Source of the DNA: Candidatus Latescibacterota bacterium
GTDB lineage: Bacteria; Latescibacterota; UBA2968; GCA-2709665
DNA length: 64,000 bases
Reading direction: 5' to 3'
Assembly (NCBI GenBank): GCA_965219995.1
Contig: CBDCOX010000002.1
Location: forward strand, 864,001-928,000
The notes beneath the pieces are model-generated. The model searched no databases. It saw nothing but the letters and a program-made list of their open reading frames with translations, and was not told the origin of the DNA. The position numbers and the translations under genes are program-made. Position 1 is the first letter of the stretch. Every line of letters starts with the position of its first letter. Below are positions 41,006-50,694 of the stretch, in pieces.

Positions 41006-41836
41006 ATGGACGATCGGTTCCTGAAGGGACGCGCCGCAATTGTCACGGGAGGCGCGAGTGGACTGGGCAGGGCAATCGCGCTGCGCCTGGCGCACCGGGG
41101 CGCGGACGTCTGCATCATGTCCTTGAGCAGCCGGCGGGTGGAAAAAGTCGACAGCGAGGTCAAATACTTCGCGGACGTTGGCGAGATCGAGACGACCCGC
41201 AGGGAGATACGGGAAACGGGTGTACGGTGTATCGGTCTGGACGGAGACGTCAGTTCGACGCCGGACGTAGAGGAAATGATCGGCCGGACCGTCGAGACAT
41301 TCGGCAGGCTGGACGTCCTCGTGAACAACGCCGCGACAAACGTGATACATCCCGTCCTCGGCCACGACAACCGGGCCTGGCGGCGCGTGGTCGATGTCAA
41401 TCTGTTCGGGCCCTACCTTTGCGCCAGGAACGCGCTGCCCCATATGATCGAGAATGGGTGGGGACGTATCGTCTCCATCGGTTCCACGAATTCTCACGTC
41501 GGTACGTCCAGTTACAGTGCCTACGCCGCATCGAAGCACGGACTCCTGGGGTTCAGCAGATCCCTCGCGCTGGAAGTGGCCCGGCACCATATTACGGCCA
41601 ATACCATCAGCCCGGCGACGATCGAGACACCATCCGGCCAGATGCATCTGCTCCGGTGGGCGGAAGACCAGGGCCTTTCCCCCGAAGCCATGCGCGGGGA
41701 GTTCATGAAATCCTATCCGCAGGGGAGATTCCTTCGCCCGGAGGAAATCGCAGACCTGGTTGTCTATCTGTGCCGGGAAGAAGCGCGGGGAATCAACGGC
41801 GAAGATATCCGAGTGACAACGGGCGCGATGTACTGA
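41006..41836 (+). CDS. Short-chain dehydrogenase/reductase
   Basis: TGGASGLG, VNNAA, YAASKHG. Confidence 0.9.
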   Translation: MDDRFLKGRAAIVTGGASGLGRAIALRLAHRGADVCIMSLSSRRVEKVDSEVKYFADVGEIETTRREIRETGVRCIGLDGDVSSTPDVEEMIGRTVETFGRLDVLVNNAATNVIHPVLGHDNRAWRRVVDVNLFGPYLCARNALPHMIENGWGRIVSIGSTNSHVGTSSYSAYAASKHGLLGFSRSLALEVARHHITANTISPATIETPSGQMHLLRWAEDQGLSPEAMRGEFMKSYPQGRFLRPEEIADLVVYLCREEARGINGEDIRVTTGAMY

Positions 41837-41885
41837 GATGAACGTACGTTCCTCTCCCTGGTTTCCAATGGTGAAGGAGACGTTG

Positions 41886-42668
41886 ATGGATCTGGGGTTG
41901 AAAGGCCGCAGGGCGCTGGTGACCGGCGCGAGCAAGGGCATCGGTCGGGCAATTGCATACGAGTTGGCAACGGAGGGCGCAGACCTGGCTATCTGCGCCC
42001 GCGGGTCCCGCGCCCTTGAGGATACGGCGGCCGCGTTGAAGGCGGCAACGGGCGTGAACGTGTTCTCGGGCACCGCGGACGTAACGGTCGACCGGGAGGT
42101 CCGTGCTTTCGTGGAAGAGGCCGCCGCCGCGTTGGGCGGAATCGACATCCTCGTGAACAACGCCGGCAGTGCGCTTCCGGGTACCATCGAAGAGGTGGAC
42201 GAGGTTCGCTGGCGCGCGGACCTGGACGTAAAACTGTTCGCCGCAATACGCTGCGTGCGCACAGCCCTGCCTCATCTTAAGGAGAGTCCGCAGGCCAGAA
42301 TTATCAATATCAACTCCATTGTCGGACGCCAGATTGCGCCTGAATACATCGCCAACAGCACCGATCGGGCGGCGTGTCTGGCGCTCAGCAAGGGCCTGGC
42401 GGACAATCTGGCACAGTACGGCATTCTTGTAAACAGCGTGAATCCGGGCAACGTCAGAAGCCAGGCCTGGGACAGCACGCTGGAATACTTCGCGCCGGAC
42501 GCTGAACTGGAAGACTATTACGTCCAGGCGAGCCGGGAAACGCCGCTGGGCAGGGTGGCAGAAGCGGCCGAGATCGCGGCGGTGGTGGCCTTTCTCGCGA
42601 GCAAGCGGGCAAGTTACATCACGGGAGCTTCCATTGACGTGGACGGCGGACTGGTGAGGTACATTTAG
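41886..42668 (+). CDS. Atypical short-chain dehydrogenase/reductase
   Basis: TGASKGIG, VNNAG, VDGG; catalytic YxxxK replaced by NSTDR. Confidence 0.85.
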   Translation: MDLGLKGRRALVTGASKGIGRAIAYELATEGADLAICARGSRALEDTAAALKAATGVNVFSGTADVTVDREVRAFVEEAAAALGGIDILVNNAGSALPGTIEEVDEVRWRADLDVKLFAAIRCVRTALPHLKESPQARIININSIVGRQIAPEYIANSTDRAACLALSKGLADNLAQYGILVNSVNPGNVRSQAWDSTLEYFAPDAELEDYYVQASRETPLGRVAEAAEIAAVVAFLASKRASYITGASIDVDGGLVRYI

Positions 42669-42829
42669 TGTCCCGTCCCGAAAATACCTCACCATTCTTC
42701 CGCAGATTCATCCCGTCTCGCTGCGTTGCCATCGCTCGCCGACCGTGCCAGGTCGCCTGCGCTCCGGCGCCTTGCTAGCCGGGCGACTCTGCGGCCGAAT
42801 CAAGGCAATCTATTTCCGGGACAGAACAC
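42668..42829. mobile_element. 162-bp MITE-like element
   Basis: 19-bp terminal inverted repeats (16/19 match), no coding capacity, inserted at a TAG stop codon, related copy at 21951. Confidence 0.6.
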
Positions 42830-42831
42830 CA

Positions 42832-45087
42832 GTGTCCAATCCTCGTTTCGAGAGACTGTCGCCCGTCCCCGGCCTCGGGCTGGAGGGCTACGCCGACGAG
42901 ATGACGCTCCCGGCCGGTTCGGAAATCGCGTTCAAACTGGGAGGGCCGCCCGGTGAGGTTCAGGTAAACCTCGCGAGGCTGATCCACGGAGACCCCAATC
43001 CCCAGGGACCGGGCTACCGGGAAGAATGCGTCTCGTGGGGGCAACCCGAACGGATTTCGGTGGACGAGCGAACAACGGATTACGGATCGTTTGTCGAAAT
43101 TCCGCATGCCGCAACCCTGAACCCGGCAGGCGCATTCACCCTGGCGCTCTGGTTTCTGCCGACGCTGGGCGGCGGGGGATGGCGCGCACTTATGGTGAAG
43201 TGGGCGCGTGAAAACCTGAGCTACGGGATTTTCTTCGCCGGCGAGCGCTTTCTGACCGCTGCCGTGTCTCACGACGGCAGGAAGGCGCACTGGGCAACGG
43301 CCAGAGAGAACATCCATGTCGGCAACTGGCAGTTCGCGGCCTTCTCGTACCATCCGGAACCGGGTGAAATTCGTCTGTATCAGCTGGTCGGGGATACCGC
43401 GGGCGTGGTAGAAACCCGTTCGTCTTCCGATGCACTGAGTTGCATATCGAAAAAAACCGAAACAGGACCGGTCTTCGCGGGTACTGCGCCGCTGGTGTTC
43501 GGCGCCTGCCCGGACCCCAACGGGGAAGGCAGCCATTGGGCGCATTTTACGGGAAAAATCGGACACCCGGTGCTTTTTGGAACCGCTCTGGATCGCGAGG
43601 CGATCCAGGGCCTCGCGGGGGGACGGGACCCCTCGTCCCTCGGCCCGCTGCTGGGTTGCTGGCATTTGGGCGAGGAGGTGACAGGCGCTCGCGTCGTCGA
43701 TCTCTCCGGAAACGGGCATCACGGGCACGCCGCAAATGCGCCGGGGCGTGCGGTTACGGGCCCGTTCTGGCGCGGAATGCCGTCCCGGCTCTATACGGAT
43801 CAGCCCGACGATTACAACGCGGTCTACCTGCACGAAGACGACCTGGAAGACGCCGGCTGGCCGACTTCGTTCGTGGCCGAAGTACCCGCCGACGCCAGGT
43901 CAGGGATCTATACGCTCCGTGCCGAGACGGATGCGGACACACTCTTCGTTCCGTTCATCGTGACGTCGAAGGCGCCGCGGTCGGAACTGGCATGCCTGAT
44001 CCCCACGCTTACCTGGCAGGCGTACCGAAGCAACCGCGCGGCGTACAGTTATACGGAAGACGGTGTGCTGGACCGCACCTTGTGCACCTACGACGTTCAC
44101 AGCGACGGGTCGATGGTAACCTATTATTCACGCCTGCAGCCCACGCGGGGCTGGAATCCCGGTGCCGGCTTCCAGAACTGGGGCGCACACAATATCACCG
44201 CGAATCTCTACCTGATTGACTGGCTGGAAGCGCTTGACTTCGAATACGATGTCTTTGCGGACGAAGACCTGCATCGCGGGGGTGCCGGGCTCCTCTCGAA
44301 ATATCGATGTGTAATTCTGGGCAGCCACCCCGAATACCACACGGAAACCATGGTGGACAGCCTGGCGGCATACGTCCGAAACGGGGGCCGCCTCGTCTAT
44401 CTGGGCGGCAATGGCCTGTACTGGGTGATGACCATCGACCCCCGCCGTCCGCACCTGATCGAACTTCGCCGGGGAGGAGAAGGCGACTACGGTCCCACGT
44501 ACGATCCCCCACCGGGGGAATCCCAGCACAGCACGACGCTCGAACTGGGGGGCCTGTGGGCAAGGCGCGGGCGTCCGCCCCGCAGGACGGTCGGTGTTGA
44601 ACATGCATCGAACGCCTGGATCGAAGCGGGAGAAAGGAGGGGCTTTCGTCGCCTGCCTTCGAGCAGAGACGCCAGGTACGCGTGGATTTTCAACGGCGTC
44701 GGTGACGATGAGGCCATCGGAGACTTCGGCCTGAATCTGGGCAGTGCGGCCGGATTCGAAATGGATGCCGTGCAGTCCTGGGCATGGGACGAGTCCACGC
44801 CCGAACCCGTCGTCCTCGCACGGGCGGCGCATCCCGGATTCATCCCCGCCCGTCGCACGCACGTTCCGCCCGCCGCGGACCTGGCCATTATGGCATATCC
44901 GCGGGGAGGCGCGGTCTTTTCGGCGGGTTCCGTAACCTGGACCGGAAGCCTCTCCCACAACGATTATCTGAACAATGTTTCCGCCATCACCCGAAACGTG
45001 ATTCGCAGGTTCCTGGATGCGCCCGTAGGACGCACGGTGATCGGAAGCGCCGTCGAGACATCACCGCCGGACGCATCCTCGACATGA
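42832..45087 (+). CDS. N,N-dimethylformamidase large (beta) subunit family protein with LamG-like insert
   Basis: RLIHGDPNPQGPG, HEDDLEDAGW, TWQAY, TYDVHSDG, HPEY, YLGGNGLYW, AGFEMD, GAVFSAGSVTW. Start approximate. Confidence 0.82.
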   Translation: MSNPRFERLSPVPGLGLEGYADEMTLPAGSEIAFKLGGPPGEVQVNLARLIHGDPNPQGPGYREECVSWGQPERISVDERTTDYGSFVEIPHAATLNPAGAFTLALWFLPTLGGGGWRALMVKWARENLSYGIFFAGERFLTAAVSHDGRKAHWATARENIHVGNWQFAAFSYHPEPGEIRLYQLVGDTAGVVETRSSSDALSCISKKTETGPVFAGTAPLVFGACPDPNGEGSHWAHFTGKIGHPVLFGTALDREAIQGLAGGRDPSSLGPLLGCWHLGEEVTGARVVDLSGNGHHGHAANAPGRAVTGPFWRGMPSRLYTDQPDDYNAVYLHEDDLEDAGWPTSFVAEVPADARSGIYTLRAETDADTLFVPFIVTSKAPRSELACLIPTLTWQAYRSNRAAYSYTEDGVLDRTLCTYDVHSDGSMVTYYSRLQPTRGWNPGAGFQNWGAHNITANLYLIDWLEALDFEYDVFADEDLHRGGAGLLSKYRCVILGSHPEYHTETMVDSLAAYVRNGGRLVYLGGNGLYWVMTIDPRRPHLIELRRGGEGDYGPTYDPPPGESQHSTTLELGGLWARRGRPPRRTVGVEHASNAWIEAGERRGFRRLPSSRDARYAWIFNGVGDDEAIGDFGLNLGSAAGFEMDAVQSWAWDESTPEPVVLARAAHPGFIPARRTHVPPAADLAIMAYPRGGAVFSAGSVTWTGSLSHNDYLNNVSAITRNVIRRFLDAPVGRTVIGSAVETSPPDASST

Positions 45088-45118
45088 ATGGCGACGCCAC
45101 AAGGGAGAGACCGATCCG

Positions 45119-46186
45119 ATGAAATCCGGACATTCAGAAGACCCCCGGGACCTGATGCAGCGCCTCGACGAAGACGCCGTCATCTGCGCCGAGGGATATC
45201 TGTTTGAACTCGAGCGTCGAGGGTATCTGCAGGCGGGGCCCTTCGTGCCTGAAGTCGTACTGGAGCATCCCGAAGTCGTCGCGGGTTTGCATCGGGAATT
45301 CTGGCGCGCGGGTTCGGACGTGATCGAGGCGTTTACATATTACGGCCACCGCGAAAAGCTGCGCCTTATCGGCAAGGAACACCTTCTGGAACCCCTCCAG
45401 AAGCGCGCGCTGGCGATCGCGAAATCGGTCGCCGCCTCGGTCGACGGAGAACGTCCGCTGGTTGCCGGAAATATCTGCAATACCAACATCTGGGATCCGG
45501 CCGATCGCGCGACCGACGTTCAGGTTTCGGAGATGTTCGACGAACAGGTGGCCTGGGCGGTCGAAGCAGGCGTCGATTTCATGATTGGAGAGACATTCTC
45601 CTTTTTCGGCGAGGCCGCCCTGGCGTTGGCAGCCATAAAGCGCGCCGGAATAACGGGGGTCGTGACGTTTGCCCACCATCGGGAGAAGGGGCTGCGGGAC
45701 GGGATCATGCTGGATGAGGCCGCAAAGCGTCTGGAACAGGCCGGCGCAGACGTGGTGGGGGTAAACTGCACCAGAGGGCCGCAGACGATGCTGCCCGACG
45801 TGGAACGCATTCGGCGTGCGGTCTCCTGTCACGTGGCGGCATTGCCGGTGCCGTATCGAACGACGACGGAGCAGCCCACGTTTCAGTCGCTTCGGGAGGA
45901 GGGCTCCGAACCGCCGCCCGTGGGACGTTCGTTTCCAACGGCCTTGGATCCATTTGTCTGCCACAGGTACGAAATGGCCGCGTTTGCACGCCGGGCCTTC
46001 GATATGGGTGTCCGGTACCTGGGGGTCTGCTGCGGTTCCGGACCCCATCACGTCCGATCCATCACCGAAGAACTGGGGCGTACTCCACCGGCCAGCCGGT
46101 ACTCTCCCGATATGTCCGGGCATTACGCGCTGGGGAACGACTCCAGCCTCAAGAGCCACAATCGGGCGTATGTCGAAAAGCTGTGA
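45119..46186 (+). CDS. Betaine-homocysteine methyltransferase-like protein (HMT family)
   Basis: AEGYLFELERRGYLQAGPFVPE, AFTYY, GVNC..GP, PTALDPF, GVCCG. Confidence 0.85.
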   Translation: MKSGHSEDPRDLMQRLDEDAVICAEGYLFELERRGYLQAGPFVPEVVLEHPEVVAGLHREFWRAGSDVIEAFTYYGHREKLRLIGKEHLLEPLQKRALAIAKSVAASVDGERPLVAGNICNTNIWDPADRATDVQVSEMFDEQVAWAVEAGVDFMIGETFSFFGEAALALAAIKRAGITGVVTFAHHREKGLRDGIMLDEAAKRLEQAGADVVGVNCTRGPQTMLPDVERIRRAVSCHVAALPVPYRTTTEQPTFQSLREEGSEPPPVGRSFPTALDPFVCHRYEMAAFARRAFDMGVRYLGVCCGSGPHHVRSITEELGRTPPASRYSPDMSGHYALGNDSSLKSHNRAYVEKL

Positions 46187-46262
46187 GGCATCCCGCGGCC
46201 GCGCAGTACCTTCATTTGTACGTTCGACCGGAAGCTGCCGGCGCCACGGAGCGTTCAAGTCG

Positions 46263-47867
46263 ATGCGATCATGTGCGGAGGCCATTGCCGAATCCCTGTA
46301 CGAAGAAAACGTCCGGTACGTTTTCGGTCATCCCGGCGGGGAGGTCGTGGATCTGATCGACGCGCTGGAGAATACCGGTATCCGGTTCGTACTGACGGGG
46401 CACGAGGCCGCGGCCGCCTTCATGGCCAGCGCGGTCGGACGGCTCACCGGGACGCCCGGCGTGTGCCTGGCGACGCTTGGACCGGGTGCATGCAATCTGG
46501 TGCTGGGCGTCGGCGCCGCTTTTCTCGACCGGGACCCGATGCTGGCCATTTCCGCGCGCAGTCCGGCATCGCGGTCCGGAGTCAGCCAGAAACAGAATCT
46601 GTCTCTCCATGAAGTGTTCGATCCCGTCTGCAAATGGTCCGTTGCCGGTGAAAATAACGGCATTGAGACCACCGTGCGGTCCGCTATGGGGCTGGCGACG
46701 GCGGCGCCGGCCGGTCCGGTGTACCTCACGATTCCCAATGACGTTGCCGTGGCCGACGCGTCGCCGGGCGGTGGGGTAAGGACGCCCGATCGCCTGAATT
46801 GCGAGCGCACCGGAGATCCCGATACAATCTTAAAGGCGCTGAATCGGGCGAGACGCCCCGTCGGCATTGTCGGCGTCGCGTTGAACGTGCGGCAGGATTC
46901 CGCCGCAGTGCGCCGGTTTTTCGCAACGTCACACATTCCGTATGTGGTCCTGCCGCAGGCCAAGGGCGTCGTGGACGAATTCGGCGCGGGGTATCTGGGC
47001 ACGGTGGCGTCGGCCGCGGGAGACGCCGCCCTTGTGAAGCTGATCCGGAAAAGCGATTGCCTGCTGGGCGTGGGCTTCGACCCCGTCGAGTCGGCGCAGG
47101 AATGGCATTTGCGCCAACCCGTCTTCTCCGTGGCCAATGCCTCGATCGCCTTTGGCGACTTCGCGCCGGCGTCCGAGTGCGTGGGCGACGTCACATTCCT
47201 GCTCGATCGGCTGCTGGAAGGGTACAACGGGCGACAGTCGTGGACGGCGGGCGAAATCCGTGAATCTCAGAACACGGTCGGGGATGCGATCCGTCCCGGG
47301 ACCGACGCCACCGCCCTGGGCGCTTCTCCATACCATCTGCTGCGTGAATTGAACGAGACGATGCCCGGGGAGACGATTCTCTCGGTGGACGTTGGCGCCC
47401 ACAAGATGCTGATTTCGCAGGTGTGGCGAGCGCGTTCGCCCGGGTCGTTTCTAACGTCAAACGGCCTGTCCGCGATGGGCTACGGGCTGCCGTCGGCACT
47501 GGCGGCGGCGCTCATCCTGCCGGACCGGCCGGTGGCGGGCGTGTTTGGCGACGCCGGATTCGCGATGATGGTCCAGGAGTTGGAAACGGCGCGCAGGCTG
47601 GGCGTGCGCCCGTTACTGGTGGTGCTGTGCGACCGGTCTCTGGCCATCGTCAAGGTCGCCCAGGCCATGCGGCGCATTCCGTTCCGGGGCGTGGATTTCC
47701 AGCCGGTGGACTGGGCGAAGGTCGCCGAGGGCTTCGGCGCCAGGGGCGTGAACGTGACGCGTCCGGAGGAAATGCGAAGGGTGGGGGAGGAGTGGCTGGC
47801 AAAACCGGAACTGACGGTTGTGGCCGCCCATGTGGACGAGGGATTATACACCGCGATGGAATATTGA
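46263..47867 (+). CDS. Thiamine diphosphate-dependent enzyme (acetolactate synthase-like family)
   Basis: VFGHPGGE, HEAAAAFMA, TLGPG, DVGAHK, NGLSAMGYGLP, GDAGF. Confidence 0.88.
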   Translation: MRSCAEAIAESLYEENVRYVFGHPGGEVVDLIDALENTGIRFVLTGHEAAAAFMASAVGRLTGTPGVCLATLGPGACNLVLGVGAAFLDRDPMLAISARSPASRSGVSQKQNLSLHEVFDPVCKWSVAGENNGIETTVRSAMGLATAAPAGPVYLTIPNDVAVADASPGGGVRTPDRLNCERTGDPDTILKALNRARRPVGIVGVALNVRQDSAAVRRFFATSHIPYVVLPQAKGVVDEFGAGYLGTVASAAGDAALVKLIRKSDCLLGVGFDPVESAQEWHLRQPVFSVANASIAFGDFAPASECVGDVTFLLDRLLEGYNGRQSWTAGEIRESQNTVGDAIRPGTDATALGASPYHLLRELNETMPGETILSVDVGAHKMLISQVWRARSPGSFLTSNGLSAMGYGLPSALAAALILPDRPVAGVFGDAGFAMMVQELETARRLGVRPLLVVLCDRSLAIVKVAQAMRRIPFRGVDFQPVDWAKVAEGFGARGVNVTRPEEMRRVGEEWLAKPELTVVAAHVDEGLYTAMEY

Positions 47868-47922
47868 CGTCACGCGGCGTTTTCTGCGCCGGACGGATCA
47901 GGATGCAAATGCGAGGCAACCC

Positions 47923-49260
47923 ATGCGCTTACCGGAACACACGACCTATCTCATTATAGGCGCAGGCGTGCACGGTCTGAGCACCGGTTATCACCTGGCG
48001 CGGGAATTGAAACGGCGGCGCAGAGGCGGCGGTGCCGAGGTACTGATTGTAGACAAGACGGGGGTGGCCGCGGGCGCTTCCGGCATCGCCTGCGGCGTGA
48101 TCCGCAACAACTATTTCCAGCCGGCCATGCGCGAACTGATGGCGCACAGCGTCGAAATATGGGAGTCCGATCCGGAATCGTTCAGTTACCACCCCGTTGG
48201 CTACATGCAGATCAGCCCCGAGTCCATGCACGAGGACGTCGCCGGCATCGCGCAACAGCAGCGTGAGATCGGTTACGAATCCGAGTTCATAGAAGGCGGC
48301 GCAGACTGTATGAAATATATGCGGGGTCTCTTTCACGACTGGCAGGCGAAGGGCGTCACGTCGGTACTTCACGAGAAAAGAGGGGGTTACGCGAACAATC
48401 GCGCATCGATGACGGGCCTGGCAGCAAAGGCGGAAGCCGAAGGCGTCAGGATTCTGGAGGGCGTCCAGGTGACCGGATTCCGGTTCGGCGGAGGGGCAAT
48501 TTCGGCGGTGGAAACGGATTGCGGCGCGGTCCGGGCAGACGAAGTCGTCATCGCCGCGGGACCCTGGACAAAACTGCTCTGGGACATGCTGGATCTGCCC
48601 GGATCGGTGAGCATCAAGGGCGCGGACGGGGGCCTGCACCACAATATTCCGATGTGGAGCTACTGGTGTCTGCAGGAAGGCACATTGGGCGTAGACCCCC
48701 ACTGTCTCAAGACCAACGACGGGAGGATGCCCCCCGTCATCCATCTGGACACGGACGCGCCGCTTTATTCAGATGTCGACGGTTCGTTGATTACGGACCG
48801 CGAATGGGGCATCTACTACAAACCGGATTTTCACTTCGGGGGGGTACAGGGGGGGGCAATGCCCTACCGCGTGGAGAGACCTGCGGACGAGGTGGCGGTG
48901 GATCCCTACGGACCGGAATCCCCCGATTTCATCGTCGGCGACCGGTTTGCGCATCAGTGGTGTTCCGCCCTGGCATTCTGCCACAAACGCTTTGAAGGTA
49001 AGTCCACGCTCTTCAGGAAAGAACCATCCGGCGGCATCGGCGCGTTCACACCCGACAGTTTCCCGGTGTTCGACCGGTTTCACGGGAACGGATATATAAT
49101 CGCGGATTCCAACCACGGGTACAAGATGATCGGCGTGGGTCGGCTGGTCGCCGAGGAACTCGTGGGCGGATGCTCCCACCTCCTGGAGCCGTTCCGCTTC
49201 TCCCGTTACGCCGAGGGCAGGCTGCATCCGGTTTCCAACAGCCCGTTTCCCTGGAGCTGA
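47923..49260 (+). CDS. DAO-family FAD oxidoreductase (sarcosine oxidase beta/dimethylglycine dehydrogenase-like)
   Basis: IIGAGVHGLS, GAS, AAGPW, TPDSFP, HGYK, PFRFSRY. Confidence 0.8.
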   Translation: MRLPEHTTYLIIGAGVHGLSTGYHLARELKRRRRGGGAEVLIVDKTGVAAGASGIACGVIRNNYFQPAMRELMAHSVEIWESDPESFSYHPVGYMQISPESMHEDVAGIAQQQREIGYESEFIEGGADCMKYMRGLFHDWQAKGVTSVLHEKRGGYANNRASMTGLAAKAEAEGVRILEGVQVTGFRFGGGAISAVETDCGAVRADEVVIAAGPWTKLLWDMLDLPGSVSIKGADGGLHHNIPMWSYWCLQEGTLGVDPHCLKTNDGRMPPVIHLDTDAPLYSDVDGSLITDREWGIYYKPDFHFGGVQGGAMPYRVERPADEVAVDPYGPESPDFIVGDRFAHQWCSALAFCHKRFEGKSTLFRKEPSGGIGAFTPDSFPVFDRFHGNGYIIADSNHGYKMIGVGRLVAEELVGGCSHLLEPFRFSRYAEGRLHPVSNSPFPWS

Positions 49261-49330
49261 CCACCGACCGCGTGGATGCCGGAAGGAAGTCCCGGGATTC
49301 AGTCCGGGAACGCAGACGGAGCATGCACCG

Positions 49331-50578
49331 ATGTTAGAACCCGACGTCCGGCGGTACATGCGGGTCCGGCTTACGGACTGGGGCGACGCTGTGCGCATCG
49401 ATCTCAACCAACTCGGCGCGCGGCTGCCGGCGCAGGGTGCGCCCGGCGCAACATGGTCGGAAGCAACGGGGGAGTCGTTGCGGGACGAATGGGCCGAATC
49501 TCAGAACGAGGCGCTTTGCGACACGATGGCGGACGTCGCCGCCTGTTCCGGAGGGGGCTTCGATTCGTTCGCCGAGTGGACCGTGCTGCACAACAGGCGG
49601 TACGACGGCGCCCATATGCGCGAATTGCGGCGGGCGCGGTTCCGCCGGGGCTACCGGGCAGCGATCACGACGCTCGGCTGGGCGCATCCGGGAACTCCCC
49701 TTTCCACTTCCATTCAGGCCGTGGCTTACGTGCCGAAAACCGGTGCCGGTTTCAAACAGTCCGTGTGGCGGCCCGAGTCGCTATACGACACCGAATTCAT
49801 GGCGCTCGCGCCCGCCGTGGTGACGGATTTCGGCGGAGGCCGGCAGATCCATCTGTCGGGCGTTGTCGCGTGGGACGAGCGAATCAATCCGCTCTTCGAA
49901 GGCCAGCCGGAACGCCAGATTTCCCATGTATTCGACCTCATCCAGGACGTTTTCAGTGAAGGCGGCGGATCGCTGGGCGACGTTGTGCGGCTGCGTCCAT
50001 TCGCCCACTCTTCGGAGATCGCGCGGATCATCCGGGCGGAGGTCAGCCGCCGCTGGGCGGGGAGTCCGAAGCCCGTGGTGATGATGTCGGACAGCCGGAA
50101 ATTCGGCGATCCGCCCAGTCTGTACGCGGAAATACAGGTCATGGGCGTGACGTCGGACGGCCACGGCAGGGTTCGCCACCGCGAAGCGGAACTCCCCGTG
50201 GAGACGATCGACGAAGGTGCTACCCGCATCCGCTGCAGCCGGACGCGCGAGTGGGAAATGGTCCATGTGGGTGAACTTCGGGCGCGCCCGGACGCCAGTT
50301 GGATGCGGGAAGCCGAGCAGGTCACCGGTCAGATCAGTGCGGTCCTCGAAAGGATGTCCCTCACTCCCGACGACGTCTGTCTGACACTGGCCTATGTGAG
50401 TTCACCCGAAGCCGCCGCGGCCTTCCCGGAAACGGTGACCGGGGCGGTACCGGTTGAAACCGTGCACGTGCTGCCGTGTCCGGCAATGCCCGAATTGGAC
50501 GGCAGCTGCATCAAGGTGGAGATGACGGCTCGAAGACGTCTGGATCCGGCCTCCAGGTCGCAGGCCGGTCCCTCCTGA
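49331..50578 (+). CDS. Multi-domain Rid/YjgF-like protein
   Basis: IHLSGVV...QISHVF...GGSLGDVVRL...AEIQV, plus two more degenerate units ending SIQAVA and KVEMTA. Confidence 0.55.
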   Translation: MLEPDVRRYMRVRLTDWGDAVRIDLNQLGARLPAQGAPGATWSEATGESLRDEWAESQNEALCDTMADVAACSGGGFDSFAEWTVLHNRRYDGAHMRELRRARFRRGYRAAITTLGWAHPGTPLSTSIQAVAYVPKTGAGFKQSVWRPESLYDTEFMALAPAVVTDFGGGRQIHLSGVVAWDERINPLFEGQPERQISHVFDLIQDVFSEGGGSLGDVVRLRPFAHSSEIARIIRAEVSRRWAGSPKPVVMMSDSRKFGDPPSLYAEIQVMGVTSDGHGRVRHREAELPVETIDEGATRIRCSRTREWEMVHVGELRARPDASWMREAEQVTGQISAVLERMSLTPDDVCLTLAYVSSPEAAAAFPETVTGAVPVETVHVLPCPAMPELDGSCIKVEMTARRRLDPASRSQAGPS

Positions 50579-50694
50579 CGGGGTGGTCCGTGAAGGATCG
50601 CTCGGCGCTTTTTGCCCACGGGCCCACGCGGGAACGATCCGCACCGCAGAAATGTCCAATGCATAGAGCGCAGTTTTTCATGATGGGGCTGGAA

